From a virus: a stretch of DNA of 64,000 nucleotides. Below are positions 44,242 through 54,985 of this stretch, in pieces (the first letter of the stretch is position 1; each line of letters starts with the position of its first letter). The DNA lies in the IMG/VR virus record IMGVR_UViG_3300020048_000063, positions 1 to 64,000 of that record. One strand, given 5' to 3'. The position numbers were made by a program, and so were the translations under genes. The notes below the pieces were generated by a model. It saw only the letters and a program-made list of their open reading frames with translations. It searched no databases and was not told the origin of the DNA.

Positions 44242-45285
44242 ATGAACAAGAAAAAAAATTTACTGAATTTATTTACGAAAGATATTTCGTACAATTATCA
44301 TATCATTAAAGTTGATGAACCAAAAGGTCATTTAATTTATTTAATGAAAAATGGTTCTAGTTTAGATACTGATACATTAGAATTCGCTCCAACCAAAATT
44401 GCAGAAGAATTAACTATGGAATGTAAAGTTGATATGGAAAAATTTGCACCTGCAATATTCTTTACTGATGAATATAATTCAGATGAATTAAAAGAAAAAT
44501 TAAATAATAAATTTTCAGAAACTCCTGAATTTTCAACTTTTATTGATTCTATTAAAGATGAATATAGAATTTTAGAAGTTAAAGACTCATTACTTTTCAA
44601 AAAAGATCCTCAAGCATATGAAGAATCAAAAAGAAAAGAATATGAAGATCATCAGAAGGAACTTTGGGACGAAATGATTGAACAACATAAAAACAAAAAA
44701 CAAAACAGGGATAATGCCATTATGGCGTATGATAATGATTTGTTTAAATTGCTAAAAGAATATTTTGAAAGTATAATTGAATTTGAAAAAAGAGATTTTG
44801 CTCTTGACTCAGAACTTGAAAAAATAATTGGCAATCTAATTGATCCTGAAACATGGATAAAAATTAATGACCATCCTTTTGCCTGTAGAATTGAACCAAT
44901 TTCTTTTGACGGAAAAGATAAACTTAATGTGTTCTTAACTGATAATAATGACTATTCTTATACAGCAACATTAAGATTTGATAAAACTGTTCTTATAACA
45001 GAAAATATTATCAGGATTAATAAAGAAGATGCTTTACCTAAATGTATGCCAGACTATGAATTTATTTCTAATTTATATGATGTTGATATAACATCTGTAA
45101 AAGATTGGGAATTCAAAAATGACACAGATAGATTTGAATATGTAATTGACTATCTTGTTCCTATTTTCACCGAAGAAAAAAAGAAAAAAGAAGAGGAATT
45201 TGTTGCTAAAGCATTGAAGGAAATGGAAGAAGAAGAAAAAGAAGCAGAAGAAAAAGAAGCAGAAGATGAAAAAAACAATATATAA
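44242..45285 (+). CDS. hypothetical acidic protein
   Basis: 347 aa ORF. Confidence 0.7.
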   Translation: MNKKKNLLNLFTKDISYNYHIIKVDEPKGHLIYLMKNGSSLDTDTLEFAPTKIAEELTMECKVDMEKFAPAIFFTDEYNSDELKEKLNNKFSETPEFSTFIDSIKDEYRILEVKDSLLFKKDPQAYEESKRKEYEDHQKELWDEMIEQHKNKKQNRDNAIMAYDNDLFKLLKEYFESIIEFEKRDFALDSELEKIIGNLIDPETWIKINDHPFACRIEPISFDGKDKLNVFLTDNNDYSYTATLRFDKTVLITENIIRINKEDALPKCMPDYEFISNLYDVDITSVKDWEFKNDTDRFEYVIDYLVPIFTEEKKKKEEEFVAKALKEMEEEEKEAEEKEAEDEKNNI

Positions 45286-45429
45286 TTTTTTTAATCCAAT
45301 AATTAATTATACTTTTGTACTTCAAAGATGAAACAAACAAAATAAAAATAAAATCATTGAATTTTTTTATATCAAAAATAAATGATACATTTGTAATCTG
45401 AATTAAAAATTAAAACTAAAAAATAAATT

Positions 45430-46692
45430 ATGGCAGTAAAGAATGAAATTTCAAAGGGTATCAAATTTGACCCAGCTTCCAAATTCCCAAAAGGATTTGA
45501 ATCTCTTTCTGATAGGGAGAGAAAATATTTCAAGATGATGAACGCAAAGAGCGGTGTTCTTTATATCACATCTGCACCTGGATATGCAAAATCAGCAATT
45601 ATGAGGAATATTGCATATAAAATGGGTTATCAATATTTTGATATCCGATTATCAATGGTTGATGAAACTGACGTAGGATTGTTCCCAACTATTGACGAAG
45701 AAATGATTGAAAACAAGAAAACCAGGATGCTATGCCACGTTGCACCTAAATGGGCTTATATGGCAAACACAGCACCTACTATTCTTCACTTTGAAGAGTT
45801 AAACCGTTCCACACTTGCCGTTCGTAATGCCGCACTTCAGATGCTTCTTGAACGTGAAATTGGTGCATTCTTCAAATTTAATGATAATGTTATGATGTGT
45901 TCATCAGGTAACCTTGGGGAAGAAGACGGTACTGATGTTGAAGAGTTTGACCAGGCACTTAACAACCGACTTATCCACATTGAGCACACTCTTCCTTATC
46001 CAGAATGGGTTGAACAATACGCAAATGATAATGTTTGCCCAGTTATTGTTCAGTTCTTAAAAACTCACACCGAGCACTATTACAAGAAACCTGATGAACG
46101 TAATCAAAGGAATAAAGCTTATGCTACTCCTCGTTCTTGGACTTTCCTTTCTGATTATATTTTCAGAAACTTCGGTGAAATGGTTACCCGCCTTGACAAT
46201 CAAGGAAAGGAAATGACCGATTCAAAAACTGGTGAAGTTCTTCTTTTCAAGAAATTTCCAAGCATCCGTACCTGGATTAATGATATCAAAGAAATCGGAC
46301 ACGGTTATGTTGGAGCATCTAATGCCCGCTTCATAAGGTATTGTGAAGATACTCTCAAGATTACTCTTGATGATGTTCTTAGCAGATTTGATGAAATTGA
46401 AGACGATATTAAAAACTTCAACCGAGACAAGAAATCAGAACTTCTTGCCAATATGAAAGAACGTAAAATTTCACAGTTGAAGGTTAAAGAACAAGAAAAC
46501 CTTGCAAGGTTCCTTTGCACAATTTCAGATGATGAAATCGTTGGTTACTTGTTACACGTACTTGATGTTGAATACACCTTGTCCGATGATACTAAGGACA
46601 ATAAAGCAGCAGAAAAATTCCTTGCTGATAAGAGGTTCAACAAATTCCGTGATGCCATTATGAAACACGTTGATGATGAAGGTGATAAATAA
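45430..46692 (+). CDS. MoxR-like AAA+ ATPase
   Basis: SAPGYAKS (Walker A variant), LHFEELNR, SGN, ALNNRL.H, TPRSW. Confidence 0.85.
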   Translation: MAVKNEISKGIKFDPASKFPKGFESLSDRERKYFKMMNAKSGVLYITSAPGYAKSAIMRNIAYKMGYQYFDIRLSMVDETDVGLFPTIDEEMIENKKTRMLCHVAPKWAYMANTAPTILHFEELNRSTLAVRNAALQMLLEREIGAFFKFNDNVMMCSSGNLGEEDGTDVEEFDQALNNRLIHIEHTLPYPEWVEQYANDNVCPVIVQFLKTHTEHYYKKPDERNQRNKAYATPRSWTFLSDYIFRNFGEMVTRLDNQGKEMTDSKTGEVLLFKKFPSIRTWINDIKEIGHGYVGASNARFIRYCEDTLKITLDDVLSRFDEIEDDIKNFNRDKKSELLANMKERKISQLKVKEQENLARFLCTISDDEIVGYLLHVLDVEYTLSDDTKDNKAAEKFLADKRFNKFRDAIMKHVDDEGDK

Positions 46693-46710
46693 TCTTAATT
46701 GATATAAATA

Positions 46711-46740
46711 AAAAAAGAGGTCAAAATGACCTCTTTTTTT
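46711..46740. terminator. bidirectional terminator
   Basis: AAAAAAGAGGTCA-AAA-TGACCTCTTTTTTT. Confidence 0.8.
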
Positions 46741-47107
46741 ATTTATATGATTTTTCTTCAATTATATATGAATTGTGTTTTATATTTATTTTTTTCTTAA
46801 TATTAGATCTATCATTATTACATAGATATGCACCTCTAGCAGAAAGTATAAATTCAACATCAAATTCATTTCTTTCTTCTTTTAACCTAAGTGTATCTTC
46901 AATATGCCATATTTTTTCATTAACTGTTTTTAATTCAAAAAAATCCTCATCTTCTTTTAAGTTTAACTCATCAAAAAGTTTTTTTAATTCATTATATTCT
47001 TTTTCAATATTTTGAAGTTTATCTGTATCTTGTATATACATTTGTTTAATTTTCAGTATAGTTATCTTATCAACTAACTCTCCTATAGAAATTGGAACTA
47101 GAATCAT
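46739..47107 (-). CDS. DUF6165-like protein
   Basis: VPISIGELVDKITILKIK...N..IW.IED..R...N..R..IK..IN...EEKSY. Confidence 0.7.
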   Translation of the reverse strand: MILVPISIGELVDKITILKIKQMYIQDTDKLQNIEKEYNELKKLFDELNLKEDEDFFELKTVNEKIWHIEDTLRLKEERNEFDVEFILSARGAYLCNNDRSNIKKKINIKHNSYIIEEKSYK

Positions 47108-47111
47108 ATTA

Positions 47112-48284
47112 TTATCTCATTAATTTTTTTACAGCATCAACAACATCTTTTGGTTGAATAGCTTTACTACAGATATAGTCCATTTTTTTAGGACAAAATA
47201 ACCAATCAGAAGCATCATATAAAATATCAGGATTATTCCAGCACCCACTACACACATTAGGATTATGAACTCTAATACAATTAGATTGAAATTCATTCCA
47301 TGGTTTTGTAAATCCACTTATCATAACGACTGGCGTTCCAATCGCCCATGACAACCATGCTAAACCTGAACTTAATCCTATAAACATATCAGCATGTTTA
47401 ATATCTACAATTCTTTCTATTAAAGGATGATTACCAGTTTTATCAATTACATTTTTCATTTTTGGTGCCTGATTGAAATATCCTGTTACACCAAAACTTT
47501 TATGTTTATCTATTACAACAACTTTATAACCATTTTTAGTTAAAAAATCAAATAATCTTTCCCACCCAAAAGGATTATTCCAGTATTTAAGTTGTGCAGT
47601 AGATTGGATAGCAACAACTACATATTTACCTCTTATTTTAGATGGTGTATCTGGAATATTTACTTTAGGTACAATTTCAACAACAGGTAAACCGAGTATT
47701 AGTGCGGCAATTGATTGTAATGATTGCTTTCTGTAATCAAAATATTTTACACAATTATCAAACTTTAAATTTTCATTGTGCCATTGTTCTGGTGCAGAAG
47801 CACCATTAATCCGATAAAGTTCTGGACCATAATCAATTCTAAATTTTTTATCAACATCATTAACTATATTTGGATCAGAAACTGAAGTAAAAATTAAGTT
47901 TGGATAAACTTTATCAAATAAATAATTATGTTCAGTAAAAACAACAACTTCAACATTATTAACTTTTCTATATTCTTCAACATAGGGTATCCAAGCAAGA
48001 GTATCACCTATAGTTTTAGAACCAAATTTTATATAAACTCTATTAAATTTTTTTGCTTGTTCTCTTTGAAATAAAACTTTATCATCTAAACTAACTCTTA
48101 TTAACATATTATTAGATGATGTCTTTAATTCAGACCAAAAATTTATTTTAATATCACTTTGATATTCTATTTCATTTGTATCTAAATCTATAAAATCTAC
48201 GTGATATAGATTAGTATCATCCGATTCACCTAAAATTTCTAAATATGCTCTATCATTATTAAATATTGTAACAAAATTAACCAT
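47112..48284 (-). CDS. Aah/TibC-like protein O-heptosyltransferase (GT9-related)
   Basis: IGDTLAW.PY, QSTAQLKYWNNPFGW, FIGLSSGLAWLSWA.GTPVVMISGFT, CSGCWN...CP...CS. Confidence 0.8.
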   Translation of the reverse strand: MVNFVTIFNNDRAYLEILGESDDTNLYHVDFIDLDTNEIEYQSDIKINFWSELKTSSNNMLIRVSLDDKVLFQREQAKKFNRVYIKFGSKTIGDTLAWIPYVEEYRKVNNVEVVVFTEHNYLFDKVYPNLIFTSVSDPNIVNDVDKKFRIDYGPELYRINGASAPEQWHNENLKFDNCVKYFDYRKQSLQSIAALILGLPVVEIVPKVNIPDTPSKIRGKYVVVAIQSTAQLKYWNNPFGWERLFDFLTKNGYKVVVIDKHKSFGVTGYFNQAPKMKNVIDKTGNHPLIERIVDIKHADMFIGLSSGLAWLSWAIGTPVVMISGFTKPWNEFQSNCIRVHNPNVCSGCWNNPDILYDASDWLFCPKKMDYICSKAIQPKDVVDAVKKLMR

Positions 48285-48882
48285 GCGAATTTATTTCTTT
48301 TAATTTTTTCAATCTTATATAAGATTGAGTTTCTTGATGCTCATAATATTTCCAAATTTCTTTTAATTGTGATTCATCTTTAATTCTATGCTCATAATCA
48401 TCTTTACCAATTTCAATATCAATTACATCAACATAGAAAGTCTTAGGTGTAAAAGGTAATTTTATATCTTGTTTGCTATAAATTTTTTCATTTTTTGAAT
48501 TAAATACTGAACCTGTAAAAGAAAACCCATTTTCACTTCTCCAGACTATTGCATCTATATAATATGGGTTTCCATTAATACCACATTTAAAGACAGCGGA
48601 ACAACGATTATTTTGAAATAACTCATGATCACCCACGTCAGCACAACTATTCCATTCATCTTCTGTACACATAATAGGTGCTAATGGTTCATGATTTGCT
48701 AGTTTTTCAAAATAATGAATAGCAAATGGTGCTGAACTACCAGAATGACCTTGTTTTGAAAATACTTCTAATAATTCCAATACAGATTCTTGTATCCATT
48801 TATCTATATCATCTTCACATTCTTCAATTGGTTTATATCCTAATTTCTGAAATTCTCTTTTAGCATGTTCTAAATAACTCAT
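48277..48882 (-). CDS. conserved phage hypothetical protein
   Basis: VFSKQGHSGSSA, FQNNRCS; ends IRLKKLKEI. Confidence 0.7.
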   Translation of the reverse strand: MSYLEHAKREFQKLGYKPIEECEDDIDKWIQESVLELLEVFSKQGHSGSSAPFAIHYFEKLANHEPLAPIMCTEDEWNSCADVGDHELFQNNRCSAVFKCGINGNPYYIDAIVWRSENGFSFTGSVFNSKNEKIYSKQDIKLPFTPKTFYVDVIDIEIGKDDYEHRIKDESQLKEIWKYYEHQETQSYIRLKKLKEINSHG

Positions 48883-48894
48883 ATCAACACTATT

Positions 48895-51453
48895 TTATTC
48901 ACATTTAGACCAACCACAAACTTTACAGGTTTTACAACCAGAATCATAAACTAAATCATGACCTGTCGCACCACATTCTGGACAATGCTCACCAGCAACA
49001 CTTGAGTTAATATATTTTTTTATAATCCTTTTTACACCTGATTTCCAAGTACCAAAAGCTAACTCTTTATCACCATCCATTTGTAATCCATCAATTACAT
49101 TAATTACACTTGGTAAATGCATTCTATGTCTTAATAGTGCTGATACTAATTTACTATAATTCCAGAACTCACGATCAAATGCTCTATTTAATCCCTCCAT
49201 TGTTACATTGTAACCATCTTTATCTTTATAACAAAAGTCATATCTACTTTTAACACCGTCATCCTTGGTTCTTAATATTTCACCCTTTTCTATACTTGGT
49301 GGTACAAAGAATAAGTCTGCTAAACCTGTAAATAATTCGTAAGGATATTTTTCACCTTTCTCATCAGTCATTAATCCTAAAAATCCAATCCATTTTTCAC
49401 CTTTATTTGTAAATCTAACAACTTCACATTCTAATCTTTTAGGTCTTGGTTTTGCATTATTTTCTTGTGATTCTGGTATAACATTTTGTGTTGTACCTTC
49501 ATTTGACATAATAACACCTTGTCTTGAACCATCTCTATAAACTGTTATTCCTTTACAGCCTTCTTTCCAACCTGTTTCATAAACCTTTGAAACTATATCT
49601 TCTGTAACATTATTTGGTAAATTTACTGTTACTGATATTGAATGATCAACAAATTTTTGAATACTACCTTGCATTTTAACCTTTTCAACCCAATCAACAT
49701 CATTGGATGTTGCTTTATAATATGGTGATTTTTTTATAATCTCTTGTAATTCAGAATCCTTCATTGATTTAACTGCGATTATATCATATTTATTGACTTC
49801 TAACCAAGTTTCAAACTTATGATGAAAGACATTATATTCTTCCCATTTTACACCTTCAGCATCAATAAAATCAACTTTTCCACTACCACCTTTATCAGTT
49901 GGATTAATTTTTCTTCTTCTTTTATAAGAGACTAAATATACTGGTTCTATTCCTGATGTAGTTTGTGTCATTATAGATACAGAACCTGTTGGAGCGATAG
50001 TAAGTAATGCAATATTTCTTCTACCATAATTTTTTAAGTTAAAATCTAAATTAGAATCAAGACTTTTTAATCTTTGTATAAAAGGATTATTAATTTCACT
50101 ATTATAATCATAAATTGGAAATGCACCTCTTTCTTTTGCCATAATTGTTGATGACATATAAGCACCAAGTGCCAAATTTTGATGAACCTCTGTTGAAAAT
50201 GCTGTTGCTTCTTTTGTACCATAAATCAAACCAAGAGCCGCTAACATATCACCTTCAGCTGTAACACCTAAACCTGTTCTACGACCTTTTTTAGTCATAT
50301 CCATAATCTTAATCCAAGTTTCTCTTTCAACTCTTTTAGTAAATTCCGTTTCAGGATCTGTATCAATCTTTTCCATAATCTTATCAATCTTTTCAATTTC
50401 AAGATCAATAATATCATCCATAAATCTTTCAGCATAAATTACATATTCTTTAAATTTCTCCATATTAAATTTAGCATCTTTAGTAAATGGATTTTCAACA
50501 AAACTATAAAGATTAATTGCAAGTAAACGACAAGAATCATAAGGACATAAAGTTATTTCGCCACAAGGATTCGTTGATACTGTAGTAAAACCATGCTGTT
50601 GATAACAATCAGGTACAGATTCTTTCATAATTGTGTCCCAAAATAAAACGCCTGGTTCTGCTGATTTCCAAGCATTGTGAATAATTTTTTTCCATAGTTT
50701 TTGAGCATCAATTTCTTTACAATGAATTGGTATCTCAGAATCAATAGGATAACATTGTTTATACATATTAGCATTCATTGCCGCCTGCATAAATTCATCA
50801 GTAACTTTAATTGAGATATTAGCACCTGTAACTTTACCTTGTTCTAATTTTGCATCTATAAAACTTTCGGAATCTGGATGTTTAATTGAAACTGTTAGCA
50901 TTAATGCACCTCTACGACCACCCTGAGCAACCTCATTTGTAGAATTTGAATATCTGTTCATAAATGGTACTATTCCAGTTGATGTTAGTGCGGAATTTTT
51001 TACTGGTGTTCCTGCTGGACGTATATGTGATAAATCATGACCAACACCACCTCTGCGTTTCATAAGTTGAATTTGTTCTTCATCAACTTGCATAATGGAG
51101 CCATATGAATCAGCAGGATTACCAATAACAAAACAGTTTGATAATGATACTACTTGTTTATCATTACCTATTCCTGACATTGGTGAGCCTTGTGGAATAA
51201 TATATTCAAAGTTTTTTATCAAATCAAATATGAAATCTTCGGATAATGGATTTTCATATTTAGCTTCTATCCGGTGTAATTCTTTTGCCAGTCTCCTATG
51301 CATATCATCTGGTGTTTTTTCGTAGTATATCGTTTCACCGTCCTTTGTATCTTTTAATGCGTATTTATTAACCCAAACATCAGCAGCCAATGTATCTCCT
51401 TTAAAATATTTTAATGTAGCCTCATAAACTTCATCTCTTTTTAAAAAATTCAT
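48895..51453 (-). CDS. nrdJ: class II (B12-dependent) ribonucleotide reductase
   Basis: SNCFV, GGRRGA, TNPCGE, IAPTGS, KGITVYRDGSR, C-terminal Zn ribbon. Confidence 0.93.
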   Translation of the reverse strand: MNFLKRDEVYEATLKYFKGDTLAADVWVNKYALKDTKDGETIYYEKTPDDMHRRLAKELHRIEAKYENPLSEDFIFDLIKNFEYIIPQGSPMSGIGNDKQVVSLSNCFVIGNPADSYGSIMQVDEEQIQLMKRRGGVGHDLSHIRPAGTPVKNSALTSTGIVPFMNRYSNSTNEVAQGGRRGALMLTVSIKHPDSESFIDAKLEQGKVTGANISIKVTDEFMQAAMNANMYKQCYPIDSEIPIHCKEIDAQKLWKKIIHNAWKSAEPGVLFWDTIMKESVPDCYQQHGFTTVSTNPCGEITLCPYDSCRLLAINLYSFVENPFTKDAKFNMEKFKEYVIYAERFMDDIIDLEIEKIDKIMEKIDTDPETEFTKRVERETWIKIMDMTKKGRRTGLGVTAEGDMLAALGLIYGTKEATAFSTEVHQNLALGAYMSSTIMAKERGAFPIYDYNSEINNPFIQRLKSLDSNLDFNLKNYGRRNIALLTIAPTGSVSIMTQTTSGIEPVYLVSYKRRRKINPTDKGGSGKVDFIDAEGVKWEEYNVFHHKFETWLEVNKYDIIAVKSMKDSELQEIIKKSPYYKATSNDVDWVEKVKMQGSIQKFVDHSISVTVNLPNNVTEDIVSKVYETGWKEGCKGITVYRDGSRQGVIMSNEGTTQNVIPESQENNAKPRPKRLECEVVRFTNKGEKWIGFLGLMTDEKGEKYPYELFTGLADLFFVPPSIEKGEILRTKDDGVKSRYDFCYKDKDGYNVTMEGLNRAFDREFWNYSKLVSALLRHRMHLPSVINVIDGLQMDGDKELAFGTWKSGVKRIIKKYINSSVAGEHCPECGATGHDLVYDSGCKTCKVCGWSKCE

Positions 51454-51471
51454 GTTATTTTTAATTATTTT

Positions 51472-52146
51472 TTATATAAAATTGATATTGTTTAAGTTAT
51501 TCAAATAACCACTTTCTTTCAATTCTATTATTATTTGTGTTGCATATTCCTTGTCTAACAGTTTAAACATGTTAAACATATTATCAGTGAAATAATATGC
51601 AAGTTCAACAAAAATTTCTGATTTTGTATATTCTTTACCTATATTATCTAAAAGCATTTTATAATAATCATTAAATGCTTGTCTATTAGGTTTTCTTCTA
51701 TTAGAGGTAAAATCTAGTTCAGTCTTTTCACTTAATAGTCTATAAACATCTCTTGAAAGATTAAGTTTACTAATATAATCTTCATTGTGTTTACTTTCAT
51801 ACTCATAATTAGTTCCTACTTCAATTGGTAAGCCATCATTAATATTAATTTCATCTTGTATATTAAAATATTCATCTGCTTGATCTGAAGCTTCCTCTAT
51901 TTTACCTTTAAATATTGTATCTCTTTTTAATGAGTGTTTTCCTTCAAGTTTATGATTATTAGTATTAAACCTAAACATAATGTCAACATCATCTAACTCT
52001 TCCTCTTCAACTTCAGTAATCGTAGTTTCTAAATCTTCAACATCTAAACTTCCATCTTCAAGTATATCCAAATCATCTAAGTTGTCCAAGTTATCCAAAC
52101 CATCTTCTAAATTATCGTCTAAATTATCAAATTCATCTTGCTTCAT
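51472..52146 (-). CDS. hypothetical protein with acidic N terminus
   Basis: 224 aa in replication operon. Confidence 0.7.
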   Translation of the reverse strand: MKQDEFDNLDDNLEDGLDNLDNLDDLDILEDGSLDVEDLETTITEVEEEELDDVDIMFRFNTNNHKLEGKHSLKRDTIFKGKIEEASDQADEYFNIQDEININDGLPIEVGTNYEYESKHNEDYISKLNLSRDVYRLLSEKTELDFTSNRRKPNRQAFNDYYKMLLDNIGKEYTKSEIFVELAYYFTDNMFNMFKLLDKEYATQIIIELKESGYLNNLNNINFI

Positions 52147-52169
52147 TATATAATATTATTTTTAAGATA

Positions 52170-53510
52170 TTATTTAACTCCAACCAAAACGTCATTCTCC
52201 ATAGTTAAAAATTTAGTATTAAAATCAAATCTTACTTGTTCTTCGTGATGTTCTCCATCTCTTAATTTTAATATTTTTAATCTATAGATATTATTACGTT
52301 TCATTTCTGGGTTACGAATAATACCCCAAACAGAATCTGCTGTATCAGCAATTGCCTTACTTTCAGGAATATCACCTAGTTTAATATCAGATGCTCCCCA
52401 AACAGCTTTATCTGTTTGTGTTGCAGTTACTACTGCACATTCATATTTATCTGCAATCCTTCTTAAGCCTTCTGCTAAATGTTTTCCTTTTAAGTAAAGC
52501 ATATTAGTAATTTCATATCCTTTTTCAATACTCATAATATTTATATAATCTACAATCACCATTCCTACTTTAAGCCTTTTAACTTCTTCAAATTTTTTAA
52601 TATAGTTATCTATATCAGTAACAGTACAATCACTTGTATTATATTTTTTAACAAATATTTTTCCTGGTTGAGAATCAAATAAATTTCCAACAGTTGATTG
52701 TGACTTTAAATTATTTATTCTTTGCTTCATAAAAACAGAATCTTTTGACTTTTCATCATATTCATCCGAATTTATTTTAAGTCTCATTGATCCTAATCTT
52801 TTCATTACTTTTCTGGTTGCCATTTCTAATGTTATAACTAACACATTGGCACCATTATTTGCAGCGTTTGTTGCAATATTATGTAACCACATTGATTTAC
52901 CAACATTGGTTTCTCCCATAATTACATTTAATGTGGATTTACTCCATCCACCATTTAAAATAGAATCTATTGAAGACCATCCAGTTGGAATACTATTTTT
53001 ACTTATTTGTTGTTTATGTGATTCTGGATCATCAAAATCTTCTCCTAAATCTTGATCATCATCATCAACTAAAAGTACATTACCAAACATACCTTTCAAT
53101 CTTTGTGCAATATCTACAATATTATCATAATTCACTTCTTCAATTCCTCGCACCATGTCAATACCTTTTAACATATCACCTTTTAGTTGGTTTTGAATTT
53201 TCCAACCTTTAAATCTCGGTACTAACCACTCCGCACTTATATCACTATTATCAGATTGTAATAATAATTTAATTACTTTATCATTTATTTTATTATCTTG
53301 GTCAGCTAATTTGACCATTGAATAAATTTGCTGTGTACTTGGAACTGAATGACTTTCACTTTTTATATATTCTTCTCTTATTATAGAGTACACAAATTGT
53401 ATATCAGAATTTTTAAAAAAGAAAGGTTCTACTTTGGAAAATTGATCAGGATTATCCATTATATAGATAAAGTAATGTTTTTCCATGTTTGTATTCATCG
53501 TTTCAGCCAT
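52170..53510 (-). CDS. replicative DNA helicase (DnaB/T4 gp41-like)
   Basis: GETNVGKS, TLEM, IVDYINI, TATQ, ES..IADTAD, LKLRDG. Confidence 0.92.
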   Translation of the reverse strand: MAETMNTNMEKHYFIYIMDNPDQFSKVEPFFFKNSDIQFVYSIIREEYIKSESHSVPSTQQIYSMVKLADQDNKINDKVIKLLLQSDNSDISAEWLVPRFKGWKIQNQLKGDMLKGIDMVRGIEEVNYDNIVDIAQRLKGMFGNVLLVDDDDQDLGEDFDDPESHKQQISKNSIPTGWSSIDSILNGGWSKSTLNVIMGETNVGKSMWLHNIATNAANNGANVLVITLEMATRKVMKRLGSMRLKINSDEYDEKSKDSVFMKQRINNLKSQSTVGNLFDSQPGKIFVKKYNTSDCTVTDIDNYIKKFEEVKRLKVGMVIVDYINIMSIEKGYEITNMLYLKGKHLAEGLRRIADKYECAVVTATQTDKAVWGASDIKLGDIPESKAIADTADSVWGIIRNPEMKRNNIYRLKILKLRDGEHHEEQVRFDFNTKFLTMENDVLVGVK

Positions 53511-53556
53511 AAGTCTTTATTTTAGTTGTTTTTTAAAAAAAGTTTATTGAATTTGA

Positions 53557-54822
53557 TTATTCAAAAAGATTTTTATCATCATCAAGATTAAACTCATCAG
53601 ATGATAGCATATCTTTATCTTCAATCTCATTCAATCTTTCATCAACATCTTCTAATTCCTTAAGACATTCATCATAAGTTGGATATTTAAAATAATCATA
53701 GATTATTGGCTCCATAGCTTTTAAAACTTCAGGTGTAAAAACTTTTCTATTAAAAAGTTGTTTTTCTGCTAATGTTTTATCTAAATGTTTTACAAACCAA
53801 CGATTTGATGGTTGATATGTAACTTCACCAGTATCTTTATCAATAACTTTTTTTACTTGTGCAACACCAACTTTATCAAAGTTTTCGTATGTACAAAATA
53901 AATCTAACCCCTTATAAGGATTTATACCTTTACTATAATCAATTTCAAATTTAACTTTTTTAGGTTTAGCCAATCTATTTTTTGCAGATTTAGCTGTAAT
54001 AATTGATCCTGACCTACCAAGATCCATTTCATCTTCTTCACCAGTTTTTAATTTTGCATCACTTAAAAGCAAAATAACACTAGCAGCGTAATATAATCCT
54101 TCACCGCCACTCATAATAGTTTGTGGAAACATATCCTGAGTTAAATAAACGTGATTAGTACAAACTAACGGAATATTTAAATATCCGAGATCATTTGTAA
54201 TAAGTCTAACAAGAGATTTAATTTGTTTTGCTCTTGTCATATCTTGTTTAATATTTAATTTAAGAGTATCTTCTTTTTCTTTTTCACTTGATAACATACC
54301 AATTGAATCAAGAAAAAATATAGTTTTAGATACATCCATACCACTATCTCTAAGTTTCTGTAACCCATCTAATATTGTCATCATGAACATTTTTATTTTT
54401 TCAACAATATTAGTTCTAATTAACATAAATTTATTTGGATCCATAGTATCAATTCCATACATATCAAAATCAGATTTTTCAATTGAATATTCTGTATCTA
54501 TCCAAACAATATTATATCCCATTTTTTGGGCATTCCTTGCAATATTCAAGGAAATAAAAGATTTACCTGTTTGTTTTGGTCCTGCAATAATTGTTATCTT
54601 ATTATTCGGAATACCTCCTTTTAATATGCTTTTTGAAAGTAGTGCATCTAAAGCATGAATTCCAGTAGAAATAAATGTTTTTTCTTTTTCAAAATCTTCA
54701 ATTGAAATAATTTCTTTTTTTGAGATATTATCAATTAAACTAGATATTTTAGAAAAATCAAATTCATTAGTTTTCTTTGTGGTTACTACCTTAGCCGATG
54801 TTGGTTTGAGTGTTTTTGCCAT
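53557..54822 (-). CDS. RecA/UvsX-like recombinase
   Basis: ISTG..ALD, GPKQTGKS, IDTE, LDSIG, TNHVY, SGGEG..YAAS, KNR. Confidence 0.92.
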   Translation of the reverse strand: MAKTLKPTSAKVVTTKKTNEFDFSKISSLIDNISKKEIISIEDFEKEKTFISTGIHALDALLSKSILKGGIPNNKITIIAGPKQTGKSFISLNIARNAQKMGYNIVWIDTEYSIEKSDFDMYGIDTMDPNKFMLIRTNIVEKIKMFMMTILDGLQKLRDSGMDVSKTIFFLDSIGMLSSEKEKEDTLKLNIKQDMTRAKQIKSLVRLITNDLGYLNIPLVCTNHVYLTQDMFPQTIMSGGEGLYYAASVILLLSDAKLKTGEEDEMDLGRSGSIITAKSAKNRLAKPKKVKFEIDYSKGINPYKGLDLFCTYENFDKVGVAQVKKVIDKDTGEVTYQPSNRWFVKHLDKTLAEKQLFNRKVFTPEVLKAMEPIIYDYFKYPTYDECLKELEDVDERLNEIEDKDMLSSDEFNLDDDKNLFE

Positions 54823-54985
54823 TATATTAAAATTATTTTTTATTTAGACTTATTATAAATTATTATACTTGAAAGATACATAAAAGTTTAAAATATATGT
54901 TTATTGTAAACATATGTAAATAATAACATCTTTTTTAAAATGAACTCTAATTCTAAAATATATAACATAAATATAATCTCAATTT

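Noticed and set aside
48895-54822. Inteins or introns in nrdJ, helicase or recA
   Set aside because: Lengths are ordinary, motifs are contiguous, and no intein boundary signatures were seen.
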